Shown piece by piece: positions 12,453 through 25,479 of a stretch of 64,000 bases of DNA. The notes below the pieces were generated by a model. It worked only from the letters and a program-made list of their open reading frames with translations, ran no database searches and was not told where the DNA came from. The DNA is from Octopus sinensis (Eukaryota). A program made the position numbers and the translations under genes. Location: contig NC_043000.1 in assembly GCF_006345805.1 (NCBI RefSeq), positions 38,192,001 to 38,256,000 of the forward strand, written 5' to 3'. How positions within the stretch are numbered: the stretch's first letter is position 1; the number at the start of each line of letters is the position of its first letter.

Positions 12453-12624
12453 TATATATGTAGATACATACACACACACGCACACACACGCACACACCAC
12501 ACACACAGTTATCCGGCTGCAGGTGCATTTCGCCGATGGAAACTGAAAGAAGCCCGATGTATATACATACATGCATTTGTGTGTGCGTGTGTGTGCGTGT
12601 GCGTGCGTGTGTGTACGTGCGTGT

Positions 12625-12930
12625 GTGGCAGTTCATCGGTTACGATGACAAATGTTCCAGTTGATCCGATCAACGGAACCACCTGGTCGTGAAATTAACA
12701 TGCTAGTGGCTGAGTATTCCGCAGACAGACGTGCCCTTAATTCAGCATGACACAGAATGTGACAAGGCTGGCCCTTTGAAATACAGATACTACTCATTTT
12801 TGCAAGCTGAGTGGACTGGAGTAATGTGAAATAAAGTGTCTTGCTCAAGAACACAACGCCTTGCCAGAATTGAACTCATGACTTTATGCAATGTGAACCG
12901 AATACCGTAACCATTAAATCACACACCTTC
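12625..12930 (-). mobile_element. SINE family D
   Basis: Body GTCCTTGAGCAAGACAC..CTCCAGTCCACTCAGCT..AATGAGTA on minus strand. Confidence 0.75.
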
Positions 12931-13090
12931 ACTTATATCTACATGTGTGTGTGTGTGTGCGTGTGTAGGTGTGTGCGTGTGTGTGCTTGTATTTCCTCTT
13001 TACCACTTTGACAACCAATGCTGGTTTGTCTACATTCCAAAACCTAGGATTAAAAGCACAAATTTCTGGGGTCGATTTGTTCGACTAAAC

Positions 13091-13273
13091 CAGGGGGTGG
13101 GGGTCCAAAGTGGTCGATATCGACCCCTCGGGGCCGATGGTACTATTCAAGGGGTCGATAAGTGACACTAATTTTTGTTTATTTCCGTCTACATGCCTAC
13201 AGGTTACTGGGTGGGTGGGTGGATCAAGGATTCCCTGAAGGGGTCGATAGTCTAAAACATTTGGTGACCCTTG
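13091..13273. mobile_element. hAT-type MITE
   Basis: Degenerate TIR CAGGGG..CCAAA / TTTGGTGACCCTTG; imperfect 8-bp TSD GACTAAAC / GACTTAAA. Confidence 0.55.
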
Positions 13274-13429
13274 GACTTAAACCCTTCACGGTGTTACATG
13301 AGTATAGCCGCAGTCCTGCTTGCAGGGTCAGTCTTCTTCTTTGTCAACCACCACCCCACCCCACCCCGCACACACACACACACATTGATAAAAACGCACA
13401 CATCCATTCATAAATCCTCACAAATATAC

Positions 13430-13621
13430 CAAGCCTCTCTCTCCACCCTCTCTCTCCCTACCCTTTTTCTTTTACTTCTCTCTCTCTCTCTCTCATTCTC
13501 TATGTTCGTCTCCCTTTCTCCCTTTCTCTGCTCTTGTCTCTCTTTCATCCTCTATCTTTCTGTCGCTCATTCTCTTTCTCTCTCCATTTGTCTCTCTTTC
13601 TGTCTCTCCCTTTCTGTCTCT

Positions 13622-13712
<91 letters not shown>

Positions 13713-14024
13713 CCTATCATTTTGTTTCCCCCGTTATCTTTCTTTCGCTATATCTCTCCCTTTCTTTCTTTGTCTCTGTCTTTTTTCGTCATCTTTCTTC
13801 CCTACTTTCCATTTCTCTCTCCCCCTCTCCCCTCTCCCCTTCCTGTTTTTATTCTCTTTCTCTCTCTCACACACACTCTCTCTCTTTCTCCCTCTAATTT
13901 CCTCTCTTCCGTCATCTTTCTTTTGCTATATCTCTCCCTTCTCTTTCTTTGTCTCTGTCTTTTTTCGTCTTCTTTCTCCCCTTCATTCCATTTATCTCTT
14001 CCACCTCTCCCCCTTCCTGCCTTT

Positions 14025-14055
<31 letters not shown>

Positions 14056-14200
14056 CTCTCTCCCTCTCTCTTCCTCTCATTTCCTCTTTTCCGTCATCTT
14101 CCTTTCGCTATCTCTCCCTTCTCTTTCTCTCTTTCTCTCTCTTCCTCTTCACACCTCGCCACATTTCCCTCTTCTGCCCCTAAATACCTCCTCCACCAAC
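13430..14200. repeat. CT-rich low-complexity tract
   Basis: (CT)n with degenerate larger repeats. Confidence 0.95.
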
Positions 14201-14359
14201 CCCATATACCTACACCGTTCCTCAGTCTATAACATTAATCCCATCATAGCTCGATCCCTGTTATTTCCGAGTTTAATAGTCCTTAATTTCTGATTTTACG
14301 ACCCAGATTTCCTGGATAAATCGTGGGGTCTTTTACCCTCATCTCAGCCTCTTACTTAC

Positions 14360-14389
14360 CGGAGGTTAGGAGAGATGCTCACTCTGCGC
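14360..14389 (-). CDS. Candidate 30-nt exon (RRVSISPNL)
   Basis: Minus strand ttttattgcttattacaag|GCGC...CTCCG|gtaagt; one open frame; no homology recognised. Confidence 0.25.
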
Positions 14390-14649
14390 CTTGTAATAAG
14401 CAATAAAATCGCCCATCAGGAGTCCCCCACCAACTCGACCTTTCCTTACTCCTTTAGACCTATTTTCAATATTCCAGTCGAGAAAGACATACACCGATGA
14501 AAGAAAGAAAGAAGGACAGAAAGAAATAAAGGAAGCGAGCGTGTGTGTGCGTCTATGTGTTTGTGTGTGTGTGCGTGCGTCATTGTGGGAGTTGTGTGTG
14601 TCTACGCGAGTTTGTGAGTGTATGTGAATATGCAAGTGTGTCCATGTTC

Positions 14650-14897
14650 GATATGTCTATCTATCTATCTATCTGTCTGTATGTCTGTCTGTCTGTCTAT
14701 CTATCTCTGTATCTATCTTTCGACATAGATAGATAGATACATACATACAACATATACATATATATGTATGTATATAGATATGTTGATCCATATATCTATA
14801 TATTTGAATATATATATGAAAGTGTATTTATGATATATATACACATATATGTATGTATATGCATATGTATTATTACACATATAAATACATGCATATG

Positions 14898-14935
<38 letters not shown>

Positions 14936-15056
14936 TTTTGTATGTATGTATGTATGTATGTATGTATGGGTATATATATATATATATACATATTATATAT
15001 ATATATACATGATGTATGTATGTATGTATGTAGTATGTATGTATGTATATATGTAT

Positions 15057-15092
<36 letters not shown>

Positions 15093-15241
15093 ATACACAT
15101 ACATACATGCATACATAAACATAGATACACATACATGCATACTGTGCACATACACACACAAGCATATAGCGAGTATATGCATATAATGAGAGAGAAATAT
15201 TTTGCATTAGAGAGTGGGGAAAGAGTGAGAGAAAGTGTGTG

Positions 15242-15284
<43 letters not shown>

Positions 15285-15310
15285 TGTGTGTGTGCGTGCG
15301 TGCGTGTGTG
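14650..15310. repeat. (TATC)n/(TATG)n/(TA)n/(GT)n microsatellites
   Basis: Seen directly. Confidence 0.95.
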
Positions 15311-15760
15311 TGTAATGTTGAAAATAATTGGGGAAACCATTTTGGAGAGAGAAACCGAGAAGAAGAACTGAGAGCGCGTGAGATATCGGAGCCGTTCGAC
15401 TAGATTTCCATGTGATAAGCGAAGTTTTAGGCCTCTCAATACGGCAGCTTGTAACGATTACAAGTTGGTCTTGAGAAAGTGAGGTTAAAAGATCATATAT
15501 AAGAATGATATGATGGAATGAATAAACTTGAGCGTCATTCTTAATCAAAAACTAATCACATTGTCTTGCCTTGAGTGACGTCGTTAACCTTGCAGCCATT
15601 AACGACTATTGTTTAACGCCGTTGTTTTGAAATCAGTTTTGCTAACACTGACCTCCACAACCTTGCCTTTATCGCCATTCCAACGCTGGCTTTCACGAGT
15701 CTCCATGTGCTTTAAGTTGATTTTTCCATCTGTTATTTTTATTTCCATTCTACAAACTAC

Positions 15761-15764
<4 letters not shown>

Positions 15765-15811
<47 letters not shown>

Positions 15812-16250
15812 GATGATGATGATGATGATTTCATTTATTTGCCACAAGGGCGAACGATGAGGGGACAATACAAAAACAGACACAAAGTGTTGGGGTTGAC
15901 ATATAATGAAAGGATAAAAAAACATGGAAATTATAAACTGAAAAAGAAGGGATTTATACATAGGACACAAAGGTTACAAAAAAAAAGAAGAAAAGAAAAA
16001 GATGGTGGGGTGGATGATAGAGATGTGGCCCTCCTGATGCATGAAGGCCTCTAGAAGTAATCGAGGAACCCTAGCGTTCGAGATATCCTTGAAAACCTAG
16101 CGCGAGTGCCCTCTTCAATTTCTTTCGATAAAAACCCAATTGAGGGCCACTGCTCTGGGTCCTGAAATGAGAGACTGATACATAGAAATAACTGAAATAA
16201 TATGTCAAGCTCAGGAGGAATTTGCATAAGACGTTTTCTTTTGCAAAATT
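15765..16250 (-). mobile_element. LINE 3' end (L1/Tx1-like by 3' UTR style) with (TCA)n(TTA)n tail
   Basis: Minus strand ..TTGTCCCCTCATCGTTCGCCCTTGTGGCAAATAAATGAAAT then repeat tail; coding part not confidently readable. Confidence 0.4.
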
Positions 16251-16478
16251 AATTCATGATTCATGGCGGGGATTTGGCAGAATCGGTTAAGTGTCGAAAA
16301 AAATGTCTTGCATTATTCCGGATATTTACGATCCGGATTCCTATCAGCCCGAGGTTAACTTTGCCTGTCATCCTTTTGGAGTTAAACTGAAGCACCAATA
16401 AACTACTAAAGTTGATGCTTTCGACTAGCCCCACCCATCAGAATGGCTGGCTTTGTATCTAAATGTAAAACTATTCTT

Positions 16479-16549
<71 letters not shown>

Positions 16550-16589
16550 CATTATTATTATTATTATTATTATTATATTATTATTATTA

Positions 16590-17065
16590 TTATTGAGTGT
16601 GAGAGCAGTGCATGTCATCAAAGTGACACTGGGGTAAAATATACGAAGTCCAGTATACCCATCATGACTACACGTCTGATAAGGGTACACTAGGCACATG
16701 GATCACAACCGTATGCGACATGGTGATCTCATATGAAGATAATCAGCACATGACCTTGCAGGTGGGTCCCAGTTAAAATTTATTACTGATCGAGTAACCC
16801 ATCCCGCTCAAAAGGTCCCTGAATAAGCGTTGTTTAAGGATGTTTAACGAAACATCCATCCATGTTTCCAGAGGTGAATTATTCAAACCTCAAAGAATCC
16901 CCCTCAACACATGGCTATGATGCTCCCCCACTACATCTGCTCGTGATTAGAGATGCACATATCGTCAGCCACTAAAGGACATGCTCAACTGGTTAAGGTC
17001 AAACAACTCACAAGCAAATCTGTGGTATTGAGCAGAATATTTGCTGTAACCCATCTTTTATACCA
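16590..17065 (-). mobile_element. Unclassified retroposon family F with (TAA)n tail
   Basis: Reverse-complement match to 40520-40880; ends CTGCTCTCACACTCAATAATAA. Confidence 0.7.
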
Positions 17066-17084
17066 AGACAAAACAATATTATTA

Positions 17085-17990
17085 TTATTATTATTAGTGT
17101 TTCTTCTTCCTCCAATCGCCATTCCATTTTTTGCCGAGTTTTCCCGACACCTAGGGCAAAGGAAACTATACATTGGTTTGCCATTATAAAAATAAAAATA
17201 GCAGGTTGTCCATTTATAAAATCAAGTGAAATTATTTAAAAGAAATATTATTATCATGGCTGGTAATCGTTCTCAAAACGACAACGCTCTTCTCAATAAG
17301 TGTGATATACCAGTTAAAGAAATCCTTTGCGCTCTTGAATGGATGGTAAGCCAGGAATCATTCTCAAACAATTTTGAATCAAGGGGCAAATCCTTATATT
17401 TTCTGAGCTTATCAAATTATTTTACCGTGATATGATCACACGAAATACGCTTGCCGATCAATAAACAGACCTTATTATTTTGGATTTTTACAACAATATT
17501 CGGTGTATTAGCTTTGATGATTTTGTCTGCGTCTACTGGAGAGTCCCAAACAATCATTGCATTTTTTCCCCTTAGTTACAGTCTCGGGGTAGTGCTTAGA
17601 CCATTTGTCAGCAGTTTTGATTTTATAATGCCGACTTACAAATCAGTGGCGATATTGGCCAACCCTGTCATGTTTTGATTTGTACTCCAATGGTGCAAAG
17701 ACTTTACATCCGGAGATTAAGTAGTCCACTGTTTTAATCACACCATTTCACAATCGTCGGCATTTTGAATCTATTCCATTTTTCATCACGTTGGCTTGGT
17801 AGTTGCATATTACGTTGGCTTGGTAGTTGAGCAGCTAAGTGAAATCTTCGCTCTCTGCTTTTAGCCCTGATCTCCGTAGCCCCGTTTTAGCATGCGCTTA
17901 AAAAGAAAATTGCTGAAAAGATATTTTATAAAATGGACACAAATTGAAACTATATGATCAAAGATGAGCATCGATCAGGCTTAAAAACAT
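17085..17990 (-). mobile_element. R4-like (restriction-like endonuclease) LINE 3' remnant
   Basis: Minus-strand GLKAESEDF..AAQ, SKCRRL..LISGCKVFAPLEYKSKHDRV, KWSKHYPE, IVWD..ANTPNIVV, KLRKYKDL; stops present; (TAA)n tail near 17090. Confidence 0.75.
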
Positions 17991-18029
17991 GTTAAATAGC
18001 GACAGACTACAACGACGACTACAACAGCA

Positions 18030-18250
18030 ACAACAAGGGGCTAAACACAGAGGGGACAAACAAAGACAGACAAAGGGATTAAGTCAATTGCATCGACTCC
18101 AGTGCGTAACTGGTACTTATTTAATCGACCCTGAAAGAATGAAAGGCAAAGTCGACCCCGGCGGAATTTGAACTCAGAACGTAGCGGCAGACAAAATATC
18201 GCTAAGCATTTCGCCTGGCGTGCTAACGATTCTGCCAGCTCGCCGCCCTA
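18030..18250 (-). mobile_element. SINE family C
   Basis: Head and Meta-like domain. Confidence 0.8.
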
Positions 18251-18464
18251 CAGAGACTAATATATTATAAACAAAGACAATGTGCTTCTCAAATGGTCAA
18301 AGAAGGACTGGAAGACGTTAATAGTCTTGTATAACCTGATTAGTATCTATCTATCTATCTCATCTATCTATCATATCTATCTATCGATCTATCTATCTAT
18401 CTTATCTCTCTTCATCTATCTATTTATCTATCTATCATCTATCTACTATCTATCTATCTATCTA

Positions 18465-18499
<35 letters not shown>

Positions 18500-18588
18500 A
18501 TATTATATATATACTCATATATATATACATCTATATAATCACACACACATGTATATAATCATATTATATAGATTTATATGTATATATG

Positions 18589-18619
<31 letters not shown>

Positions 18620-18742
18620 CATATATATATATATATCATCATATATATATGTATAAGTACATAGTACATATAAATAAATGTATACACATATATATATGTG
18701 TGTGTGTGTGCTTGGGTGTGTGTGTGTGTGTGCGTGTGTGGT

Positions 18743-18779
<37 letters not shown>

Positions 18780-19139
18780 AGTATAGAAGGGCATATCTGT
18801 AAATTCCCCCGATGGATAATTCCGTGTTCGCTTCACTGGATGGTAATATCATCTGGAGTGCAATATTTATCGCGACAGAAAATATGGAGACTGGTATACG
18901 CTCAAAATTATATCCTGTTATTTCAAGGTATACTCAACTGCTCAAACTATGTACAGTGGAAACACGTGTAGGTCGTCCTAACCATAAAGATATGCTGTAT
19001 GGCATTGTAAAATAAAAGGTATTAAATTTTGAGGAGGTACCAGTCTCCATATTCTCTATCTTTATAACTATTGTATATACATACATATGTGTGTGTGTGT
19101 GTGTGTGTATCTCTTCCTGTTTTTGATTTGACCTTGCAA

Positions 19140-19530
19140 ACACATTCCCAAATCTTAGGTCACTTCAAAAGAAAAAAAGAAAGAAAGGAAAAAACCCTCG
19201 ATCGAATAACACAACACAGTTTACAAGACTCTATGCTTGGAATGACCAGTTATAAACACCATTGGAACTCACGCACAAGGTACAGGAAACTTATATGTAT
19301 GCCATTCTGCTGAAATAATGGAACTGCAGATACAATATTCTTACGTATCTCACGTATGTTTTGATTCCTCCACATCACTCTGTATTTCATATCTTCTCTA
19401 TAATAACTATTGCTGAACCATTTTCTCGCACTGTCTCTGATGAAGGGATATATAAAATATCCCGGAAACAGCTGTAAGACCTCTTTATAAATGTTCTGAA
19501 ATCTTTCGCAGACTTGGATTTTTTATCTCA
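19140..19530 (+). mobile_element. Penelope-type 3'/LTR-like fragment
   Basis: Homologous to 28110-28432 (-); both carry the same hammerhead. Confidence 0.55.
19433..19480 (+). ncRNA. Minimal type I hammerhead ribozyme motif, intact core
   Basis: GTCT-CTGATGA-a-GGGATAT(ataaa)ATATCCC-g-GAAAC-AGCT-GTA-AGAC. Confidence 0.8.
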
Positions 19531-19572
19531 TTATATATATATAATATCTCATTATATATATATACATACATT

Positions 19573-20540
19573 ATGGCTGCCCCCTCGTTATCGAGTATGG
19601 CCATTGCACGAAGCTTAACTGTTACTGGTGCTGCGATCGAATGTGACTTTTTAGCCCAGCCAAAGATCTACAATGTCTTGTACAGAAATGGCAACTAAAA
19701 CCTTTACCGGTAATAGCCGGCTGTAGTTGTAACTGGGCTTCATGTACCTTTGCATGTCGTTTAAGTCCTCCTGCCGAATTACACTCTCTTCCACATGCCC
19801 GACAGATATGATTAGTATAGTGTGTTACACCACCACCCGTGGCCAGGTTGTCACTCATCTGTCTCGCTTTATGACTACGAAGATGACTCATGAGTCCAGC
19901 TTTACTGAGGCAGAGTCTTGCACGGGCATTGCAAGTCAGCATCAAAGGAAGACCCTTCCAATCTGGAAGTGTAACAGCGATGCCCTTCCTGACATCCCTC
20001 CTTACTTTCTCATGTGCAACTCGAGATTTCTCAGAAGTGGCTGTCCCCTCGTGCACAATCATTCTCCACCTGCTACAATCAATAGCTATGCATTCCCATG
20101 TGTCAGGAGAGAAGGAAGTCTTCAGCAAGTCCTTATACCTCTTTTTTGGTTTATGTGGAGGTCGTACTCCTTTAGCTAATTCTCCATAAAAGAGTTGTTT
20201 TGACATCCTTGAATCCTTCATCCTGACCAGATGACCACCCCATCTAAGCCTTTGCTTTAACACAAGAGTTTCTATACTTTCACACCGAGAGCCTTCCAAT
20301 GTTTCAAGATCACTGATGCGGTCCTTCCACTTAATGCCATAGATCCGTCTGAGGCACATCTGATGTAAACGTTCCAGTTGTTTGAGGTGGTATCGATATG
20401 TGACCGACGTCTCAAAGGCATAGAGAAGAGAAGGGAGCACACGTGCCTTGTACACCTTTATCTTTGTCTTTCTGCATATGTCTCGCCGACTCCAGAGGCG
20501 CTTTTGTAGCCTTCCAAAAGCAACACTTGCTTTCTATATG
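19573..20540 (-). mobile_element. RTE-clade LINE 3' fragment: post-RT domain plus three C2H2 zinc fingers
   Basis: [45 protein letters not shown]; CRAC-x12-H-x3-H, CHFC-x12-H-x4-H and CNA(R)-x12-H-x3-H; stop at 19622. Confidence 0.9.
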
Positions 20541-20544
20541 GAAT

Positions 20545-21074
<530 letters not shown>

Positions 21075-21087
<13 letters not shown>

Positions 21088-21500
21088 TATAGACAGCAGT
21101 CTGGAATGTTTACCAAAAGAAAAAAATAGTTACTAAATATAATTAGAGTGTTAGAAACACCTACATTGCTAGAAATAAGACCTAAAATGCTCTAATGGTG
21201 TAGGCAGAGCAAATAGTTACATACATACACACTGACCAAGACTATAATCACCCGAAAACACCGATAAAGAATTCCTTATACTGACCGGTCAGTTTCTGCA
21301 ATTTCATTTGCTTCGTCAGTAAGGACTGGCTAGATTTCAGCAGATTCCGGGTACAGTTCTCTGTCAGTGTGGATGTTTTTACCATCCGTGTTTTCGGGCG
21401 ATTATACTTTCTGTCAGGGTACATGTATACAATTATGTTCTTTCATTACAACATTAGAGTATTTTAACTCTTATTTCTAGCAATGAGGGTGTTTCTATAA
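21075..21500 (-). mobile_element. Hairpin hammerhead-bearing Penelope-type insert
   Basis: Diverged inverted arms ~21145-21265 / ~21383-21500, hammerhead in the spacer, extension 21075-21145. Confidence 0.65.
21274..21324 (-). ncRNA. Type I hammerhead ribozyme motif, intact core
   Basis: CCTTA-CTGACGA-a-GCAA(atgaaa)TTGC-a-GAAA-CTGACCGGTCAG-TA-TAAGG; 14-nt palindromic stem III. Confidence 0.85.
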
Positions 21501-21559
21501 CACCCCATATATATATATTATATATATATATATATATATAGATGTGTGTGTGTATAATT

Positions 21560-21730
21560 GTTAAACAGTAATATTATTGACAGAAACTTCGACGTTTCGA
21601 CCATTTTAGCTTTCTTTGGACAAGGGCTTAACTGGGCTAAACTTCGAAGTCACTGTCAAAGATTTTCTTGCTTAAGAAGAATTAGTTTTTACTCTACAAA
21701 AATGTAGAGTAACTCATCTGACTAATGCAA
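21560..21730 (-). repeat. Family G repeat, related to 45905-46135
   Basis: Shared CTTCGA(C/A)GTTTCGACCA..CTTCGAAGTCA.TGTCAAA. Confidence 0.5.
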
Positions 21731-21825
21731 GATTAGTTTTATTATACATGAATAGAACATAAAAACCAAACATATATATATATACATATACATACATATA
21801 CATGCATATATATATATGTATATAT

Positions 21826-21874
<49 letters not shown>

Positions 21875-21899
21875 ATATATATAATATATATTACATACA

Positions 21900-23460
21900 T
21901 AACATACATATGTATATATATATATATACATAATTACTTATATACATAGATATAGATATATAAGTACAGACATAAACACACCACACTCATACTCCCACAC
22001 CTAGACTATTTCAAATGGACTCGTTCACACACACACAACAACAACAAAACGTACACACACACACGCACGCACGCTCGTTCACATACACATATTTGACTGA
22101 TTAACATCCGCATTGACTTCGCTTATTGATAAATTTTTTTAAATAGTTCTAAGCTAATATGGTAACCGTTATATTAGACCTTTATTTATTTCACCAATTT
22201 CACCAATTTTACTTGTCTGCTGGAAAAAAAGTCAATATTTGTCAATTTTATATCGTCGACTTCAATCAAGCGAAGTACATAAAGTTATCTCACAAAATGG
22301 CGCGGAATTATCTCACTGAAAGCACAAACAATTGATGTATTAGAAAGGCGAGAGGAAAATTATATTAGACTAAAATTCAGACAAAACGTTTCCAAGGACT
22401 TGAATATGGCTGTCGTGTATTCCCTGTGAATACAATTTATTAATACGGCCTGCGATGTATGTTTGTCCGATTCAGTTTATCATCATTGAGATTGTGTGAT
22501 GCAGTTCGGGTCGTGTTTGATGATGAGGCATAACTTTTGGTTCACAGACAAATGTTGACCTTTTCTCTCCACGAAGTTGATTTCCATCTGGACTTACACT
22601 GTCGAAATCTGTGTGTGTGTGGTTGTGTGGGTGGGTGTGTGGTTGTGTGTGGTGCGTATGTGTAATAAATCATTATATTTAAAGTACATGTATACGTACT
22701 ATTATTTAATAAACACACATACAAACACACACACATATATATACATACATACATACATATGCATATATATATATATAACATAATTACTTATATACATAGA
22801 TATAGATATATAAGTACAGACATAAACACACCACACTCATACTCCCACACCTAGACATATTCAAATGGACTCGTTCACACACACACACAACAACAAACGT
22901 ACACACACACGCACGCACGCTCGTTCACATACACATATTGTGACTGATTAACATCCGCATTGACTTCGCTTATTGATAAATTTTTTTAATTAGTTCTAAG
23001 CTAATATGGTAACCGTTATATTTAGACATTTATTTATTTCACCAATTTCACCAATTTTACTTGTCTGCTGGAAAAAGTCAATATTTGTCAATATTTATAT
23101 CGTCGACTTCAATCAAGCGAAGTACATAAAGTTATCTCACAAAATGGCGGAATTATCTCACTGAAAGCACAAACAATCTGATGTATTAGAAAGGCGAGAG
23201 GAAAATTATATTAGACTAAAATTCAGACAAAACGTTTCCAAGGACTGAATATGGCCTGTCGTGTATTTCCCTGTGAATACAATTTATTAATACGGCTGCG
23301 ATGTATGTTTGTCCGACTTCAGTTTATCATCATTTGAGATTGTGTGATGCAGTTCGGGTCGTGTTTGATGAGGCATAACTTTTGGTTCACAGACAAATGT
23401 TGACCCTTTTCTCTCCACGAAGTTGATTTCCATCTTGATACACTGTCGAAACTCTGTGGT

Positions 23461-23502
<42 letters not shown>

Positions 23503-23620
23503 GTGCGTATGTGTAATAAATCATTATATTTAAATGTACATGTATACGTACTTATTTATATTAATACACACCCTACCACACACACAACATATATATACAT
23601 ACATACATATATATATATGT
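21900..23620. repeat. ~855-bp tandem duplication, copies differing mainly by short indels
   Basis: TAATTACTTATATACATAG at 21931 and 22781. Confidence 0.9.
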
Positions 23621-23834
23621 ATACACATCTATGTGTTATATATATATATATATATATATATATGCGTATGATATATATATATATGCGTATGTATATATGT
23701 ATTTATGCATGTATGTATGTCATTCAGATTTATTTCAAGATTTCTTGCTAATGGTGAAAGAACTAGCTTCTAACCTAGATCCAAGACACTCCTTGATTGC
23801 AATTTCAACATCAACAACAGGGTATTTTTGTTTT

Positions 23835-24790
23835 TATGTATGTATGTATGTATGTATGTATTTATTTATTCTCATGTATGTAGATGCATATCTAAACATA
23901 CTCATATTTAAATAATGAGGGAGATAAATTGAATATTAGTTTAATTAATATCAATTTAAAACCAGTAGCCTAGCATATAAAAATCTGAAAAATTAGAAAA
24001 CATTTCAATACATGTGGATATTTAGGGCTGAAAAACCACTAGGTGGATAGCCATATGCTAGAAGAAGATAACATGCGATCTAACTACTAAGAAATAATTT
24101 TTTCCACAGAAAATTCAGCGAACACCAGAACATAAGCGGGCAAGACATGAAAATTATATAAAACTCAAGAATTAATCGTATACCGGTTTCTTATATTAAC
24201 GAATAAATTACTTTCGTAATCCTACGGACGAAGGATTACGTAAGTAATTTATTCGGTAATATAAGAAACCGGTATACGATTAATTCTTGATTTTTATATA
24301 ATTTTCATGTCTTGCCCGCTTATGTTCTGGTGTTCGCTGAATTTTCTCTGGAGAAAATTCTTTCTTAGTAGTTAGATCGCATGTGATCTTCTTCTAGCAT
24401 ATGGTTATCCACTTAGTGGTTTTTTTAGCCTTAAATAGACATACTCATATTTAAATGATAAACTTCTGGAAAGTTTCACAGAACTTTACAATTCCACTGA
24501 TGGATTAGATCTTTAGTCTTCTAATTAGCTTTCTTCTTTCTGGTTTTGAGAAGCCTAATTTCTGAATATTGCTATTTATGCAGTGTGTTACATATCACAG
24601 GACCCCAATACTTACAGGTATAAACATGATCTTGTAATCTGGCTAGAGTAACTGCAGTTTTCTCAATAGTTCAGCGTAGTTATTCTCTTTTTCACTGATC
24701 TTCAGCTTTATGTTAACATCCGCTGGGCAGCTAATTTCCAAACTGTACACAGTTTCTCTTCTCTATCCCAAATCATTATATCGGGTCTGT
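23835..24790 (-). mobile_element. Restriction-like endonuclease LINE 3' fragment, interrupted at its stop codon by a hairpin insert
   Basis: DRPDIMIWDREEKLCTV/EISCPADVNI..EKENNYAELL..FIPVSIG; 3' UTR resumes at 23913 and ends in (TACA)n. Confidence 0.8.
23914..24438 (-). mobile_element. Palindromic insert with 18-bp TSD
   Basis: ACATACTCATATTTAAAT at 23896-23913 and 24439-24456; arms 24019-24223 / 24232-24438; extension 23914-24018. Confidence 0.85.
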
Positions 24791-24994
24791 CGTGCATACA
24801 TACACACATGTATACATACTTGCATAGATACATGCATACATACATGTATATATACATACATATATGCTGTCATATACACACATATATAAGATATGTATGT
24901 ATGTAAGTATATATGCATGCATGTATTTATGTGTATGTATGTATATATGTATGTATGCCTCTATGCATGTGCACGTATATATGCATGCACGTGG

Positions 24995-25125
24995 TTGTGT
25001 GGTAAGAAATTAGCTTCTCAACTACATGGTTCTGAGTTCAACCCCATTACATGGCATCACGGGTAACAGACTTCAGCTACAGCAACGTCAGTGGATTTGG
25101 TAGACGGAAACTGAAAGCCCGTCCT
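24995..25125 (+). mobile_element. SINE family A head
   Basis: GTGTGGTAAGAAATTAGCTTCTC..GAGTTCAACCCC..GACGGAAACTGAAAG. Confidence 0.65.
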
Positions 25126-25424
25126 ATGTGTCTATTTATATATGTGTGTGTGTATGTGCGTGTTCATATCTCTATACATAGATATGATGAGAGTGTATGA
25201 TGCATATGTACGTACCATACATACGTACATAATATATATACACATACATACATATATACATACATATGTATAATATATATACATACATATACATACATAT
25301 ATACATACATATATATATGTATACATATATATACATATGTATATATATATATAATATATATATATATATTATATACAGCGAATATATATATAATACACAC
25401 ACACTCACACACATATATAAATAC

Positions 25425-25456
<32 letters not shown>

Positions 25457-25479
25457 AGTTTTACTTTCCTCAGTCAAAA

